DNA of 64,000 bases from an uncultured Gemmatimonadales bacterium (lineage in GTDB: Bacteria; Gemmatimonadota; Gemmatimonadetes; Gemmatimonadales; GWC2-71-9), in NCBI GenBank assembly GCA_963730185.1, contig CAVSQW010000015.1, positions 640,001-704,000 of the forward strand, in the 5' to 3' direction. How positions within the stretch are numbered: the stretch's first letter is position 1; each line of letters opens with the position of its first letter. Under the pieces are notes generated by a model. That model did not search any database, was not told the DNA's origin, and was given only the letters and a program-made list of their open reading frames with translations. The translations under genes and the position numbers were made by a program. Positions 44,332 through 58,063 of this stretch are shown piece by piece.

Positions 44332-44784
44332 TCAGACACCCTTTTCGCTCAGCAGCTGGAAAAGCTCCTCGGCCGAGGTGATCCGGCGGAGCCGCTCGGG
44401 CACGTCGGGCTCCCGGGCGAACTGCGCGATCCGGCCGAGGAGCGGCAGGTACTGGTTGGAGACTTCGACCGGCGGGGCCACGATCAGAAAGATCGCGTGC
44501 ACGGCGCGCTGGTCGACGGCCTGAAAGTCGAGGCCCGCCTCGTGGTTGCCGAAGGCCAGCCGGAGCCGGCTGACCGCCAGGGTGCGGCCGTGGGGAATGG
44601 CGATCCCGCGCCCGACCCCGGTCGACCCCAGTTGTTCCCGGCGTCGCAGGATCCGGCCGATCGTCGCCGAGGCCCGTTCGTCCAGGCCCAACAGGTCCAC
44701 CATCTCGTCGAGCGCCGCGTCTTTGCTCTCGGCGGCGAGCGAAACCCGTACGGCGGACGGGTTGAGGAAGTCTTGGATCCGCAT
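44332..44784 (-). CDS. PTS IIA (Ntr/Fru-type) domain protein
   Basis: REQLGSTGVGRGIAIPH phospho-His motif; promoter TTGACA-17-TAGACT upstream. Confidence 0.92.
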   Translation of the reverse strand: MRIQDFLNPSAVRVSLAAESKDAALDEMVDLLGLDERASATIGRILRRREQLGSTGVGRGIAIPHGRTLAVSRLRLAFGNHEAGLDFQAVDQRAVHAIFLIVAPPVEVSNQYLPLLGRIAQFAREPDVPERLRRITSAEELFQLLSEKGV

Positions 44785-44880
44785 GGCGCGGGAAGTCTAC
44801 CCTTCGGTCCAGAGCCTGTCAAAACTCGAAGCCGAGGGCCGAGGTTTGCCCCACCGTCTGGCTCCAAGTAGTTTTTCCCC

Positions 44881-45864
44881 ATGCGGTTACCCTACGCTCC
44901 CGCGGTCGAAACCCCGCTCATTCTGGCCCCAATGGCCGGGGTGTCCGAGGCCCCGTTCCGGCAGATCTGCCGGAGCCTCGGCGCCGACGTGGTGATGAGC
45001 GAGTTCCTGGCCGCGGAGGCCATCCGCCGGGGGATCCGAAAGACCCTCGAGGACTGCGAGTTCGAGCCCCACGAGCGGCCGATCGGGATCCAGATTTACG
45101 GCGCCGACGCCGAGGCGATGGCGCGAGCGGCGGCGATCGTAACCGAGGTGTACCAGCCCGACTTCATCGACATCAACTTCGGGTGCCCGGTCAAGAAGGT
45201 GGTGCGCAGGAACGGTGGCTCGGGCTGTCTGCGGGACCTGGAGCTGGTCGATCGGATCATCCGCCAGGTGGTCGCCTCGACCCATCTTCCGGTCACGGTC
45301 AAGACCCGGAGCGGCTGGAGCGAGGACACCCGTCACCCGGTGGAGATCGCGCTCCGGATGCAGGACGCCGGCGCCCGCGCCTTCACTCTCCACGCCCGGA
45401 CCCGGACCCAGATGTTCGCGGGGAAGGCCGACTGGGACGAGATCGCCCGCGTGGTGGAGGCGCTCGACATCCCGGTGATCGGCAACGGCGACGTGACCAG
45501 CGGGGCCGACGTCCTGGCCATGAAGCACCATACCCGCTGCGCGGCCATCATGGTCGGGCGAGGCTCGTTCGGGAACCCGTGGCTCTTCCGCGACGGGCGG
45601 GCCCTGCTGGCCGGCGACGAGGCCCCGCCGGCGCCCGACGCCGCGATCCGGTTTGGGACGGCGATGGAACATGCCCGACTGGCCCTCGCCCTCCAGGGCG
45701 ACAGCCGAAGGACCGTGATCGAGTTCCGAAAGCACCTGGGCTGGTACACCAAGGGCCTGCCGGGATCGTCGGCCCTTCGGGAGCGCCTCTTCCAGGTGGA
45801 GACCATGGCCGAGGCGGCCGCCATCTTCCAGACCTATCTCGACGGGATGGCCGTGGCAGCGTGA
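44881..45864 (+). CDS. dusB: tRNA dihydrouridine synthase B
   Basis: LAPMAG, INFGCP, HART, GNGD, MVGRG..GNPW. Confidence 0.94.
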   Translation: MRLPYAPAVETPLILAPMAGVSEAPFRQICRSLGADVVMSEFLAAEAIRRGIRKTLEDCEFEPHERPIGIQIYGADAEAMARAAAIVTEVYQPDFIDINFGCPVKKVVRRNGGSGCLRDLELVDRIIRQVVASTHLPVTVKTRSGWSEDTRHPVEIALRMQDAGARAFTLHARTRTQMFAGKADWDEIARVVEALDIPVIGNGDVTSGADVLAMKHHTRCAAIMVGRGSFGNPWLFRDGRALLAGDEAPPAPDAAIRFGTAMEHARLALALQGDSRRTVIEFRKHLGWYTKGLPGSSALRERLFQVETMAEAAAIFQTYLDGMAVAA

Positions 45865-46631
45865 CCGGCTATCTCGAGGATCTGCTGGGCGAAGTGGCCC
45901 GGGGCGAGCGGACCATCGCCGAGGCGCTCGAGCGGCTTCGCACCTTTCCCACCGAAGACATCGGGCACGCGCGGCTCGACCACCACCGCGCCCTCCGGCG
46001 CGGGCATCCGGAATTCGTCTTCGCGAGCCACAAGACGGTCGAGCAGGTGGTGACGATCTGCGAGCGGCTGGCGGTGGCGCACGGACGGTTCCTCGCCACC
46101 CGGGTCACCCCTGAGCAGGGCGACGCCCTCGCCGGGCGGTTTCCCGAAGCCCGCTGGAACCGGCTCGCCCGGACCGTGGCCTTGGGCGGGACGTTCCGCA
46201 AGGCCCTGCTGGGAACGGTGGCGGTAGTCTCGGCGGGGACCAGCGATCTGCCGGTGGCCGAGGAGGCCGTGGCGGTGCTGGAAGCGTTGAGCGTCCGGGC
46301 GGTCCGGGTGGTGGACGTCGGCGTCTCCGGGCTCCACCGGGTGCTGGCCGCCCGACCTGAGCTCGACCAGGCCGACGTGCTGATCGTCGCCGCCGGGATG
46401 GAGGGCGCTTTGCCCAGCGTGGTCGGCGGACTCGTGAAAGGGCCGGTCATCGCGGTCCCGACCAGCGTCGGCTACGGGGCCTCGTTCGGCGGCCTGGCGG
46501 CGCTCCTCGCGATGCTCAACTCCTGCGCCGATGGGGTCACGGTGGTGAACATCGACAACGGGTTCGGAGCCGCGATGGCCGCCGTCCGGATCCTGGAGTC
46601 CAGACCCTCGGCGGCCGATACTGACGGGTAA
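45861..46631 (+). CDS. larB: LarB (nickel-pincer cofactor biosynthesis, PurE-like)
   Basis: ARLDHHR, AGTSDLPVAEE, DVGVSGLHR, AGMEGALPS, PTSVGYG, VVNIDNGFGA. Confidence 0.92.
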   Translation: MTGYLEDLLGEVARGERTIAEALERLRTFPTEDIGHARLDHHRALRRGHPEFVFASHKTVEQVVTICERLAVAHGRFLATRVTPEQGDALAGRFPEARWNRLARTVALGGTFRKALLGTVAVVSAGTSDLPVAEEAVAVLEALSVRAVRVVDVGVSGLHRVLAARPELDQADVLIVAAGMEGALPSVVGGLVKGPVIAVPTSVGYGASFGGLAALLAMLNSCADGVTVVNIDNGFGAAMAAVRILESRPSAADTDG

Positions 46632-46650
46632 GCGGGGAGACCCGGATCGA

Positions 46651-46680
46651 TTGACTTCGGCTCCTCTTCGGGATTAGCTT
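46651..46680 (+). promoter_or_regulatory. sigma70-like promoter for ssrA
   Basis: TTGACT-18-TAGCTT. Confidence 0.6.
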
Positions 46681-46700
46681 TCGGACGACTCAAACTACCC

Positions 46701-47059
46701 GGGGGCGACTGGCTTCGACGGGTCAGGAGAAGGTCGAGACGCGTGCCCAGGCCCAAGTCCTGGTAAAAACTTGGAAAACTCAATTGCCAACTCAAACTTG
46801 GCGCTGGCTGCGTAAGCTGAGCTAGTCTCGCTTCACGCACCTTCGGTGAAGGCAGCCTGTCTGGGGCGGTCCCGCCGAATAGGAAAATCCAGGCTGGCTG
46901 GCGACGCGACCTCTGGCGTCGTTGGTGAGATCTCTTGAGGTGAAGGTCGGGCAGGCTGGCTGCTTGCCGGCTCGACCGTAAGGCAGGAAGAGCAGCCTAC
47001 GCACGTAGTGGCTCTGCTGGAAGCTGATTCGGACCAGGGTTCGATTCCCTGCGCCTCCA
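46701..47059 (+). ncRNA. ssrA: tmRNA; tag reading frame ANSNLALAA* at 46786-46815
   Basis: 5' GGGGGCGACTGGCTTCGAC; 3' T-arm CAGGGTTCGATTCCCTG + CGCCTCCA; tag ends in LAA. Confidence 0.97.
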
Positions 47060-47064
47060 TCGAC

Positions 47065-47107
47065 ACGATCGGCCGGCTTGCTCGCGCAAGTCGGCCGATC
47101 GTCGTTT
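47065..47107 (+). terminator. Hairpin terminator after ssrA
   Basis: ACGATCGGCCGGCTTGC-TCGC-GCAAGTCGGCCGATCGT then CGTTT. Confidence 0.7.
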
Positions 47108-47232
47108 CGATTGGTCTATCTCCGATCGTGACATTTACCACATCGACTTCAGGCTTCGTCGATCAGATCGATCACAATCGGTTGCTTTAAAACGACTTGT
47201 GGTTGGTAGCCTCCTGGGCCATCCAGGCTCTG

Positions 47233-47727
47233 TCAGGCCGGCGGAAGGACCGTCCCCCGGATCTTCTCTTCCTGCGCCTTCCGGAAGTCGGTGAGCTTGG
47301 CCGCCAGCGCCTGGTCGCTCCTGGCCAGCAGCGCCACGGCGAACAGGGCGGCGTTGCTGGCGCCGGCGTTACCGATCGCGAAGGTGGCGACCGGGATGCC
47401 GGACGGCATCTGGACGGTCGAGAGCAGCGAGTCCATCCCGCCCAGGTGCTTGCTCGGCATCGGGACGCCCAGCACCGGCAAGGTGGTCCCTGCGGCCATG
47501 ACCCCGGCCAGGTGAGCGGCCCCGCCGGCCGCGGCGATCAGGCAGGCCATGCCTCGACCGGCGGCGCTGGTGGCGTACTCGTGAGCCAGGGCGGGAGACC
47601 GGTGGGCCGAGATGACCCGGGCCTCGAACGGCACCCCGAACTCCTCGAGCCGTTTGGCGGCGTTCTGCATGGTCTCCCAGTCGGAGGTGGAACCCATGAC
47701 GATTCCGACGAGCGGCGACGTGGACAT
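47233..47727 (-). CDS. purE: N5-CAIR mutase
   Basis: MGSTSD, SAHRSP, AGGAAHLAG, VQMPSGIPVAT. Confidence 0.97.
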   Translation of the reverse strand: MSTSPLVGIVMGSTSDWETMQNAAKRLEEFGVPFEARVISAHRSPALAHEYATSAAGRGMACLIAAAGGAAHLAGVMAAGTTLPVLGVPMPSKHLGGMDSLLSTVQMPSGIPVATFAIGNAGASNAALFAVALLARSDQALAAKLTDFRKAQEEKIRGTVLPPA

Positions 47728-47840
47728 CGGCAATCCGTTTCAGCGTTTCCGAGGGTGAATGGGTGCCCGGGCGGCGCCCGGGCGGTGGCGGGCGTAAAGT
47801 GAAACGACCGCGGGCCCCGGGCAAGCCGGGCCGGCGGGCG

Positions 47841-50508
47841 TCAGACGGTTGCCCGGGTCCGGTCCATCGTCCCGCGCTCGGCGAGGGCGGCCTGGGCGGC
47901 GGCCAGTCGGGCGATCGGCACCCGAAACGGCGAGCAGGAGACGTAGTTCATCTTCAGCGACTCGCAGAAGGCCACGGCGCCCGGCTCACCGCCGTGCTCA
48001 CCGCAGATCCCGACCTTGAGGTCCTGGCGAGTTCTCCGCCCAGCTCGACGCGCCATCGTGATCGAGCTTGCCGACCCCCTCGATGTCCAGCTGCTGGAAG
48101 GGATCGAACTGGATCACGTTCTCCTGGAGGTAGTAGGGAAGGAAAGAGCCGGCATCGTCGCGGGAGAGGCCCCAGGTCGTCTGGGTCAGGTCGTTGGTCC
48201 CGAACGAGAAGAACTGCGCCTCGGCGGCGATCTCGTCGGCCGTCAGGGCGGCCCGCGGGAGCTCGATCATCGTGCCCAGGAGGTAGGGTCACGGTGATCT
48301 GGCGCTCCCGGAACACCTCCTCGGCGATCTGCCGGACGATCAAGGCCTGCTTCCGGTACTCCACCACGTGGGCCACGAGCGGGATCATCACTTCGGGCTG
48401 GACCCGCCCCCGGCGCGAGGCCACGGTGCAGGCGGCCTCGAAGATGGCCCGCACCTGCATCGCGGTGATTTCGGGGTGGACCAGCCCGAGCCGGCAGCCG
48501 CGGAGGCCGAGCATCGGGTTCACCTCGGAGAGGCTCTCGACCCGGCGTCGGACATCCTTGACGGACATCCCCATCTGGCTGGCGAGGGCCTCGATCTCGT
48601 CCGGCTCCTTGGGCAGGAACTCGTGAAGCGGCGGGTCGAGGAGCCGGATGGTGACCGGGAAGCCCTCCATCGCCCGGAAGATTCCCTCGAAGTCGGCGCG
48701 CTGCATGGGGAGCAGCCGGGCCAGCGCCTTCTTCCGGCCCTCCTCGTCGGCCGCGAGGATCATCTCTCGCATGGCGGTGATCCGTTCGCCCTCGAAGAAC
48801 ATGTGCTCGGTCCGGCAGAGCCCGATGCCCTCGGCGCCGAAGTCGCGGCCCCGGTGGGCGTCGGCCGGGGTGTCGGCGTTGACCCGGACCCGGAGATGGC
48901 GCATCCGGTCGGCCCACGTCATCAACCGGTTGAACTCGTCGCTCAGGCTGGGCACCACCAGCCGGGCCTGCCCGGCGAACACCTTGCCGGTGCTTCCGTC
49001 GACCGTGATCCACTCCCCGCCGGAGACGACCCGGCCGTTGACCCGGAACTGCTGGCTCGACTCGTCGACCTGGATCTCCTGAGCGCCGGCCACGCAGGGC
49101 TTGCCCATCCCTCGGGCGACCACCGCGGCATGCGAGGTCATCCCGCCCCGCGCCGTCAGGATCGCCTTGGCGGCGACCATCCCGTGGAAGTCTTCCGGGC
49201 TGGTTTCACGGCGGACCAGGATCACGGGGTTGCCCTTGCGGCCCAGCTCCTCGGCGAGGTCGGCGTCGAAGACCGCCGTCCCGCTGGCCGCGCCGGGCGA
49301 GGCCGGGAGGCCCGTGGTCAGGAGGTCGAGCTCGGCGCTCGGATCGATGGTGGGGTGGAGCAGCTGGTCCAGGTCGTTCGGCGGGATCCGGGCGACCGCC
49401 TCTTCCTCGCTGATGACCCCTTCCTCCACCATCTCGACCGCGATCCGAACGGCCGCCTGGCCCGAGCGCTGGGCCCGGCGGGTCTGGAGCATGAAGAGCT
49501 TGCCCCGCTCGATCGTGAACTCCATGTCCTGGACGTCGCGGAAGTGGCGCTCCAGCGTCCGGCGGACCCGATCCAACTCGGCGTAGACCTGGGGCATCGC
49601 GTCGTCGAGGGTGGCGATCGGCTGCGGGGTTCGGACCCCCGACACCACGTCTTCGCCCTGGGCGTTGAGCAGGTACTCGCCGTAGAGCGCCTTCTCGCCG
49701 GTGGAGGGATCGCGAGTGAACGCCACGCCCGTGCCCGAGTCCTCGCCCATGTTGCCGAAGACCATGGCGACCACGTTGACCGCCGTGCCGAGGGTGTCGG
49801 GGATGTCGTGGAGCTTGCGGTAGTCGATCGCGCGGCGGGTGTTCCAGCTGGCGAAGACGGCGGCGATCGCCCCCCAGAGTTGATCAATCGGCTCCTCCGG
49901 GAAGGGCTGTCCGGTGTGGTCGACGATGATCGCCTTGAAATCCTTCACCAGCGCCTGGAACTCGTCGACCGGCAGGTCGATGTCCCGGGCGACGCCGGCG
50001 CCTTCTTCCGCGCGTCCAGCCGCTCCTCGAATTTGCGCTTGGGGACGTCGAAGACCACGCCGCCGTACATCTGCACGAACCGCCGGTACGAGTCCCAGGC
50101 GAACGCGGGATTGCCGCTCAGCCGCTCCAGCCCGGCCACGGTGGTGTCGTTGAGCCCCAGGTTGAGGATCGTCTCCATCATGCCGGGCATCGAGAGCGCG
50201 GCGCCCGAGCGGACCGATACGAGGAGCGGGTTGTCGGCGCCGCCAAACTGCTTTTCGGTCGCGGTCTCGAGGCGCTGGAGCGCGCTCTCCACCTGGGGCC
50301 GGAGCCGGGGCGGGAAGTGCTGCATCTCGAGATAGGTGGGGCAGACGGTGGCGGCGATCGTGAAGCCGGGCGGCACCGGGATCCCGAGGTTGGTCATCTC
50401 GGCCAGGCCGGCGCCCTTGCCGCCGAGCACTTCCTTCATGGTCGCGGTCCCGTCGGCGCGCCCCTGTCCGAAGAAGTACACGAGGGGCTGAGTCAGGCTG
50501 TCGGTCAT
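47841..50508 (-). pseudogene. ppdK: Pyruvate,phosphate dikinase, full length but broken by several 1-bp indels (probably sequence errors)
   Basis: [53 protein letters not shown] are spread over several frame segments; shifts at ~50000, ~48287 and three within 48035-48066. Confidence 0.9.
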
Positions 50509-50634
50509 GACGGCTCCACGGCGTGAGGCAACGAAACGGTGCGAGGTCGGGCGGCCTCGCCCCGACCTCGGATTCGAGATGAAGCTGCAACGGGCCCTGC
50601 CCAAGTCAAGGCAGGACGCGGATGGCCGAAGCGT

Positions 50635-52032
50635 CTAGTCAGCCGCGTCGGCGACCGGCGCCAGGTGCCGGCTCCGGAGCGTGTCGTCGTCGATGGGGAT
50701 GGGATAGTGCCCCGAAAAACACGCGTGGCAATAACTGTTCCGCGTCCCGCCCGCCTGGAGGAGTCCGTCCAGCGACAGGTACCCCAGGGTATCGACGCCG
50801 AGGAAGTCGCGGATCTCGTCGAGCGAGTGGGTGGCCGCGATCAGTTCCTCGCGGGTCGGGGTGTCGATGCCGTACTGACAGGGGCCGGTGATCGGCGGCG
50901 AGCCGAGACGGAGGTGCACCTTGCGGGCGCCGGCGGCCCGGATCATCTGCACCAGGCCTTTGCTGGTGGTGCCGCGGACCAGACTGTCGTCCACCACCAC
51001 CACCGACCGGCCGGCGATGACGTCGCGCACCGGGTTGAACTTGATCCGGACCTTGGCCACCCGAAGCGCCTGGGTGGGGTTGATGAAGGTGCGGCCGACG
51101 TAATGGTTCCGAATCAATCCGTGCTCGAGCTTGAGGCCCGATTCGTCGGCGTAGCCCAACGCCATCATGTTGGAGCTGTCGGGGACGCTGAACACCACGT
51201 TGCCGTCTTCGGCGGGATGCTCCCGGGCCAGCTGCCGTCCGATCGCGCGGCGGACGTGGTCTACGGACTCGCCGAACACGGTGCTATCAGGGCGGGCGAA
51301 GTAGACCAGCTCGAAGATGCAGCGGTGGGCGACGGGCACCCGGGGCAGCGGCGCCAGGTCGTGGATGGTGCCGTCGACGATCTCGACCACGTCGCCGGGA
51401 TCGAGCTCGCGGACCACCGTGGCGCCCATCAGGTCGAGGGCGCAGGTCTCGGACGCCGCCACGATGCCGCTCCCCAACCGGCCTAGAAACAGGGGGCGGA
51501 AGCCGTGCGGGTCGACGATGCAGAAGATCGAGCGGCCGGCCGCGATCACCAGGCTATAGGCCCCTTCCACCTGGCTCAACGCGTCCCGAATCTGGGCCTC
51601 GGGCGTCTCTTCCCGCGAGCGCGCGATCAGATGGACGATCACCTCGGAATCGGACGACGACTGGAAGATGGCGCCCTCGGCCACCAGCTCACGCTTGATC
51701 GTCGGCGCGTTGGTGAGGTTGCCGTTGTGGGCCAGCGCGAGCGGCCCGCCCCGGTAGTTGACCAGGGCCGGCTGGGCGTTGGCCAGGACCGAGGTGCCGG
51801 CGGTGGAGTAGCGGGTGTGGCCGACCGCCACGTCCCCGGGTAGGCCGCGAAGCTCCTGCTCCCGGAAGACGTCGCCCACCAGTCCCATCCCGCGGAAGGC
51901 GTGGGGAACGCCTTCCCGATCGACCGTCACGATCCCGGCGCTCTCTTGTCCCCGGTGCTGCAGGGCGTAGAGGCCGAGGTAGGCGATCCGGGAGGCGTCG
52001 GGAACGTTGGAGACGCCGATGATGCCGCACAT
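50635..52032 (-). CDS. purF: Amidophosphoribosyltransferase
   Basis: MCG, LQHRGQ, GHTRYST, VVDDSLVRGTT, CHAC. Confidence 0.98.
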   Translation of the reverse strand: MCGIIGVSNVPDASRIAYLGLYALQHRGQESAGIVTVDREGVPHAFRGMGLVGDVFREQELRGLPGDVAVGHTRYSTAGTSVLANAQPALVNYRGGPLALAHNGNLTNAPTIKRELVAEGAIFQSSSDSEVIVHLIARSREETPEAQIRDALSQVEGAYSLVIAAGRSIFCIVDPHGFRPLFLGRLGSGIVAASETCALDLMGATVVRELDPGDVVEIVDGTIHDLAPLPRVPVAHRCIFELVYFARPDSTVFGESVDHVRRAIGRQLAREHPAEDGNVVFSVPDSSNMMALGYADESGLKLEHGLIRNHYVGRTFINPTQALRVAKVRIKFNPVRDVIAGRSVVVVDDSLVRGTTSKGLVQMIRAAGARKVHLRLGSPPITGPCQYGIDTPTREELIAATHSLDEIRDFLGVDTLGYLSLDGLLQAGGTRNSYCHACFSGHYPIPIDDDTLRSRHLAPVADAAD

Positions 52033-52044
52033 GATCGCCCTCCG

Positions 52045-54335
<2,291 letters not shown>

Positions 54336-54339
<4 letters not shown>

Positions 54340-54650
54340 TTCTTCGCGCTCGCGAACAGATCGCCGAACACCTTGCCGAAGAAGCCGGTGTCGCCGTGCT
54401 TGAGCAGCTGCTCGAGCTCACCGTCGTCCAGCCACACGCCCTTGCACTCCGGGCACCGGTCGATGTTGACGTGGTGGAGGAGGAAGGTCTCCAGGTCGGC
54501 CCCGCACTTGGGACACTTCATGAAGTGGCTCTTCCGCTCCGCCTCGACCACGGCCTGCTGCTGGGCCTCGCGACGCTTGGCGATCAGGTCGGCGTCGCGC
54601 TTGGCGAAGTACTCGTCTTCGTTCTGGCTGGGCTTGTCGATGGTCGACAT
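54336..54650 (-). CDS. zf-TFIIB-like zinc ribbon protein with N-terminal helix
   Basis: EDEYF..., [27 protein letters not shown] overlap with purL. Confidence 0.88.
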
Positions 54651-54713
54651 CTCAGGTGCAGCTCCGGTTCGGGTCGGACGGGCGTGGCCGGCAGACCGGC
54701 GTCGTGGATCGGG

Positions 54714-55421
54714 TCATCGGGTCGCGGTGAGCAGGGACTGTCCCCAGCGCACCAGTGAGCGGAACACGCCGGCGCCGGCGTCGCTGCCGAGGATCGGATC
54801 GGCGAGCCGCTCCGGATGGGGCATCATGCCCACCACGGTGCCGGTCGGGCTCGAGATCGAGGCGATGTCGTGCCGCGCCCCGTTGGGATTGGAGGGAACG
54901 TCGGGCATCCCCACCCCGACGTAGCGCATCACGACTCGGTTGGTGGACTCCAGCTCGGTCAGGGTCGCCTCGTCGGCCAGGTAGCGACCGTCGCCGTGGC
55001 CGATCGGGATCCGGATCACGGTGCCGGGCTCGAACTCGCTGGTGAACGGGGTGTCGGTCCGCTCGATCCGGACGTCCACCGGCCGGGACACGTACTTGAG
55101 CCCGGCGTTCCGGACCAGGGCGCCCGGAAGCAGCCCCGCCTCGCAGAGGATTTGGAAGCCGTTGCAGATCCCGAGCAGCGGCTTGCCGTCCGCGGCGTGC
55201 CGCTCGATGGCCGCCATGATCGGGCTGAACCGGGCGATCGCGCCGGTCCGGAGGTAGTCGCCGTAGCTGAAGCCGCCCGGCAGGATCACCGCGTCGGCGT
55301 CCTGGAGGTCGGCGTCGCGATGCCACACGTAGAACGCCGACCCGCCTTCGCGCTCGACCGCGCGCAACGCGTCGGGCTCGCAGTTGCTCCCGGGGAACCG
55401 GACCACCGCGACCCGGATCAT
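54714..55421 (-). CDS. purQ: FGAM synthase glutaminase subunit
   Basis: FPGSNC, PGGFSYGD, GICNGFQ, MMPHPER. Confidence 0.97.
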   Translation of the reverse strand: MIRVAVVRFPGSNCEPDALRAVEREGGSAFYVWHRDADLQDADAVILPGGFSYGDYLRTGAIARFSPIMAAIERHAADGKPLLGICNGFQILCEAGLLPGALVRNAGLKYVSRPVDVRIERTDTPFTSEFEPGTVIRIPIGHGDGRYLADEATLTELESTNRVVMRYVGVGMPDVPSNPNGARHDIASISSPTGTVVGMMPHPERLADPILGSDAGAGVFRSLVRWGQSLLTATR

Positions 55422-55669
55422 GCCGCGTCCACCTCGATCTGGTAGTCCTCGATGACCGGGTTGGCGAGCAGCTTGTCGCACATCGCCCGGGCCCGCTCCC
55501 GAGCGGCCGAGGCGTCGGGTGCGTCGAGCTGGAAGTCGATCGCCTTGCCGACGTGCACGCTCGAGGCGCCGGCGAACCCGAGCGCGGTGAGGGCACCTTC
55601 GACGGCCTGGCCCTGGGGATCACGAAGGCCGGGGCGGGGCATGACCCGGATGTGGACTCGGAAGCTCAT
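55418..55669 (-). CDS. purS: FGAM synthase subunit PurS
   Basis: [20 protein letters not shown]. Confidence 0.95.
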   Translation of the reverse strand: MSFRVHIRVMPRPGLRDPQGQAVEGALTALGFAGASSVHVGKAIDFQLDAPDASAARERARAMCDKLLANPVIEDYQIEVDAA

Positions 55670-56526
55670 CGTCCCTCCCGCCGGCGGCGGCCGAGGTGGA
55701 GGCTCTTGACCACGGAGTTGGAGTCGGGCGGCTCCACCGGAGGCGGCTCCTCCGAACCGATTGGATTCCGGTCGAGCAGGCTCAACACGGTACTGCGGGC
55801 GATGCCGAAGATCATGTAGACCAGGGCCAGGGGAAAGAGAAACGAGCTCGGGGCCAGGACCGCGCCGGCCAGAATACCGAGATAGACGAGCAGGCCGATC
55901 ACCCCGCCCAAGCTCCGGACCCCGATCCGGGGGCCCCGAGGGTACTTCACGTTGCTCACCATCAGCGCGGCCAACAGCAGCACCAGGACGGTCAGACCCT
56001 CGTGCTGGAGGTCGAAGTACGACAGCGAGGCCCGGTACCACGCCGTCTGGCTGAACGGGTAGTACATCGCGAGCGTCATCCCGGCCGCCGGTGAGGGAAG
56101 GCCGGTGAACCAGTTGGAGTGGGGCTTGCCGTGACTGGTGACGTTGTAGCGGGCCAGCCGGATCGCCGCCGCCACCACGAACAGATAGCAGACCACCCAG
56201 CCGAACTTGCCGGTATTGGCGAACTCCAGGAAGTAGATCACCAATGCCGGCGCGATCCCGAACGACAGCACGTCGACCAGCGAGTCGAGCTCGGCCCCGA
56301 ACCGGCTTCCGGTGTTCGACAGCCGGGCGATCCGGCCGTCGAGCATGTCGAGGATCCCCGCGAAGACGATGAAGAACCCGGCCCACTTGAAGTTGCCGTT
56401 GAAGGCCGAGACGATCGCCCAGAAGCCGAAGAACAGATTGGCGAGCGTGAAGAAGCTCGGCACCACCACCACGACCCGGCGGATTGGACCCCGCCGTTCC
56501 CGGTCCCGCGATTCCGTCAGGTCCAT
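55666..56526 (-). CDS. pssA: CDP-diacylglycerol--serine O-phosphatidyltransferase
   Basis: [32 protein letters not shown]. Confidence 0.94.
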   Translation of the reverse strand: MDLTESRDRERRGPIRRVVVVVPSFFTLANLFFGFWAIVSAFNGNFKWAGFFIVFAGILDMLDGRIARLSNTGSRFGAELDSLVDVLSFGIAPALVIYFLEFANTGKFGWVVCYLFVVAAAIRLARYNVTSHGKPHSNWFTGLPSPAAGMTLAMYYPFSQTAWYRASLSYFDLQHEGLTVLVLLLAALMVSNVKYPRGPRIGVRSLGGVIGLLVYLGILAGAVLAPSSFLFPLALVYMIFGIARSTVLSLLDRNPIGSEEPPPVEPPDSNSVVKSLHLGRRRREGR

Positions 56527-57143
56527 CGTGCCACCACCGTTTCTCCGGCCCGGGTCGTGGCGCCGGTCGCCACCGTCACGGTGGCGGTGGGCGGCAAGAA
56601 GAGATCGACCCGCGAACCGAACCGGATGAGGCCCAGCCGTTGGCCCTGCGCCACGTCGCGGCCGGGTTGATGATCGGTGACGATCCGCCGGGCCACGAGC
56701 CCGGCGATCTGCCGGATCAGCATCCGGCCCTGGGGCGCCTCGACGCCGATCGAGCACTGCTCGTTCTCGCGGCTGGCCTTCTCGGCCGCCGCGTTCACGA
56801 ACGATCCCGGCGTGTACTGTCGGTACCGCACCGTGCCGGCCGTCGGATACCGGTTCACGTGGACGCTGAACACGTTCATGAAGATCGACACCCGGGTGGC
56901 CGCCCCACCCAGGAAGTCCGGCTCGTCGATCGGGATCACGCTGACGACCTTCCCGTCGGCCGGGGCCAACACCAGGGTCTCGCCCCTGACTCGGTTCCTC
57001 GGCGGATCGCGGAAGAACGCCAGCACCCAGAGCGCGACCGGGGCCCAGATCAAGGCGGCGATCCACCAGCCGAGGCCGGCCAGGATCGCGAGGACGATCC
57101 CGGCCGCGGCGATGAACGGCCACCCTTCCCGGGCCACCGGCAT
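56517..57143 (-). CDS. psd: Phosphatidylserine decarboxylase proenzyme
   Basis: [30 protein letters not shown]. Confidence 0.95.
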   Translation of the reverse strand: MPVAREGWPFIAAAGIVLAILAGLGWWIAALIWAPVALWVLAFFRDPPRNRVRGETLVLAPADGKVVSVIPIDEPDFLGGAATRVSIFMNVFSVHVNRYPTAGTVRYRQYTPGSFVNAAAEKASRENEQCSIGVEAPQGRMLIRQIAGLVARRIVTDHQPGRDVAQGQRLGLIRFGSRVDLFLPPTATVTVATGATTRAGETVVARWT

Positions 57144-58063
57144 CAGCCGGGCCCCGGGAGGGGGGAGCCGGTGATCAGCCGGAACGCCTCGAGGTACCGT
57201 TTGCTGGTCGCCTCGACCACCTCGGGCGGCAGGGTCGGCGGCGGCGCGTCGCCGTTCCACTGGCCCTGGTCGCGAAGCCCCTGGAGGAAATCGCGGAGCG
57301 GCTGCTTGTCGAAGCTGGGCTGCGAGTGACCGGGCTCGTACCGGTCGGCCGGCCAGAAGCGGGACGAGTCGGGCGTCAGGATCTCGTCGATGACCCGGAC
57401 GGTGCCGTCGGGGTCGGTGCCGAACTCGAACTTGGTATCGGCGATGATGATGCCGCGCGACTTGGCGTGATCGCGGCCCGCGGTGTAGAGCGCCATGCTC
57501 CGGGCCTCGAGCTCGGTCGCGAACTCCGTCCCGAGTGCCCTGGCCACGTCGTCGGCGGTGACGTTCATGTCGTGCCCGACATCCGCCTTGGTCGCGGGCG
57601 AGAAGATCGGGGTGGGGAAGGGGTCGCTCTCCTTCATGCCGGCGGGCAGCGCCTCGCCGGCCAGGGTGCCGCCCTTCCGGTACTCCTTCCACGCCGACCC
57701 CGAGATGTAGCCCCGGATCACGCACTCGAAGGCGACCGGCGTGGTCCGCCGGACCAGCATCGCCCGGCCGGCGATCTGATCCCGGTGGTCGGCCAGGACC
57801 GGCACCTCGCGGGCGATCTCGTCGGCGTCGGCGGACAGGTAATGGGTGGGGCCGAGGTGGCCCAGCCGCTCGAACCAGAAGGCGCTGATCTGGGTGAGCA
57901 CGGCGCCCTTCCGCGGGATGGCCTCGTTCATCACCACGTCGAAGGCGCTCACCCGGTCGCTGGCGACCAGCAGGAGCCGCTCGGCGTCGACTTCGTAGAC
58001 CTCGCGCACCTTGCCGCGCCGGAGCAGGGCGAGCGGGAGGGAGCTGGCTTTGAGTGTGGTCAT
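57143..58063 (-). CDS. purC: SAICAR synthase
   Basis: [39 protein letters not shown]. Confidence 0.97.
   Translation of the reverse strand: MTTLKASSLPLALLRRGKVREVYEVDAERLLLVASDRVSAFDVVMNEAIPRKGAVLTQISAFWFERLGHLGPTHYLSADADEIAREVPVLADHRDQIAGRAMLVRRTTPVAFECVIRGYISGSAWKEYRKGGTLAGEALPAGMKESDPFPTPIFSPATKADVGHDMNVTADDVARALGTEFATELEARSMALYTAGRDHAKSRGIIIADTKFEFGTDPDGTVRVIDEILTPDSSRFWPADRYEPGHSQPSFDKQPLRDFLQGLRDQGQWNGDAPPPTLPPEVVEATSKRYLEAFRLITGSPLPGPG

Noticed and set aside
47060..47232. Integrated element at the tmRNA 3' end
   Set aside because: Only ~170 bp to purE; slightly AT-richer but no integrase or duplicated att site.
47841..50508. Programmed frameshifting in ppdK
   Set aside because: Multiple indels of both signs and no slippery sites.
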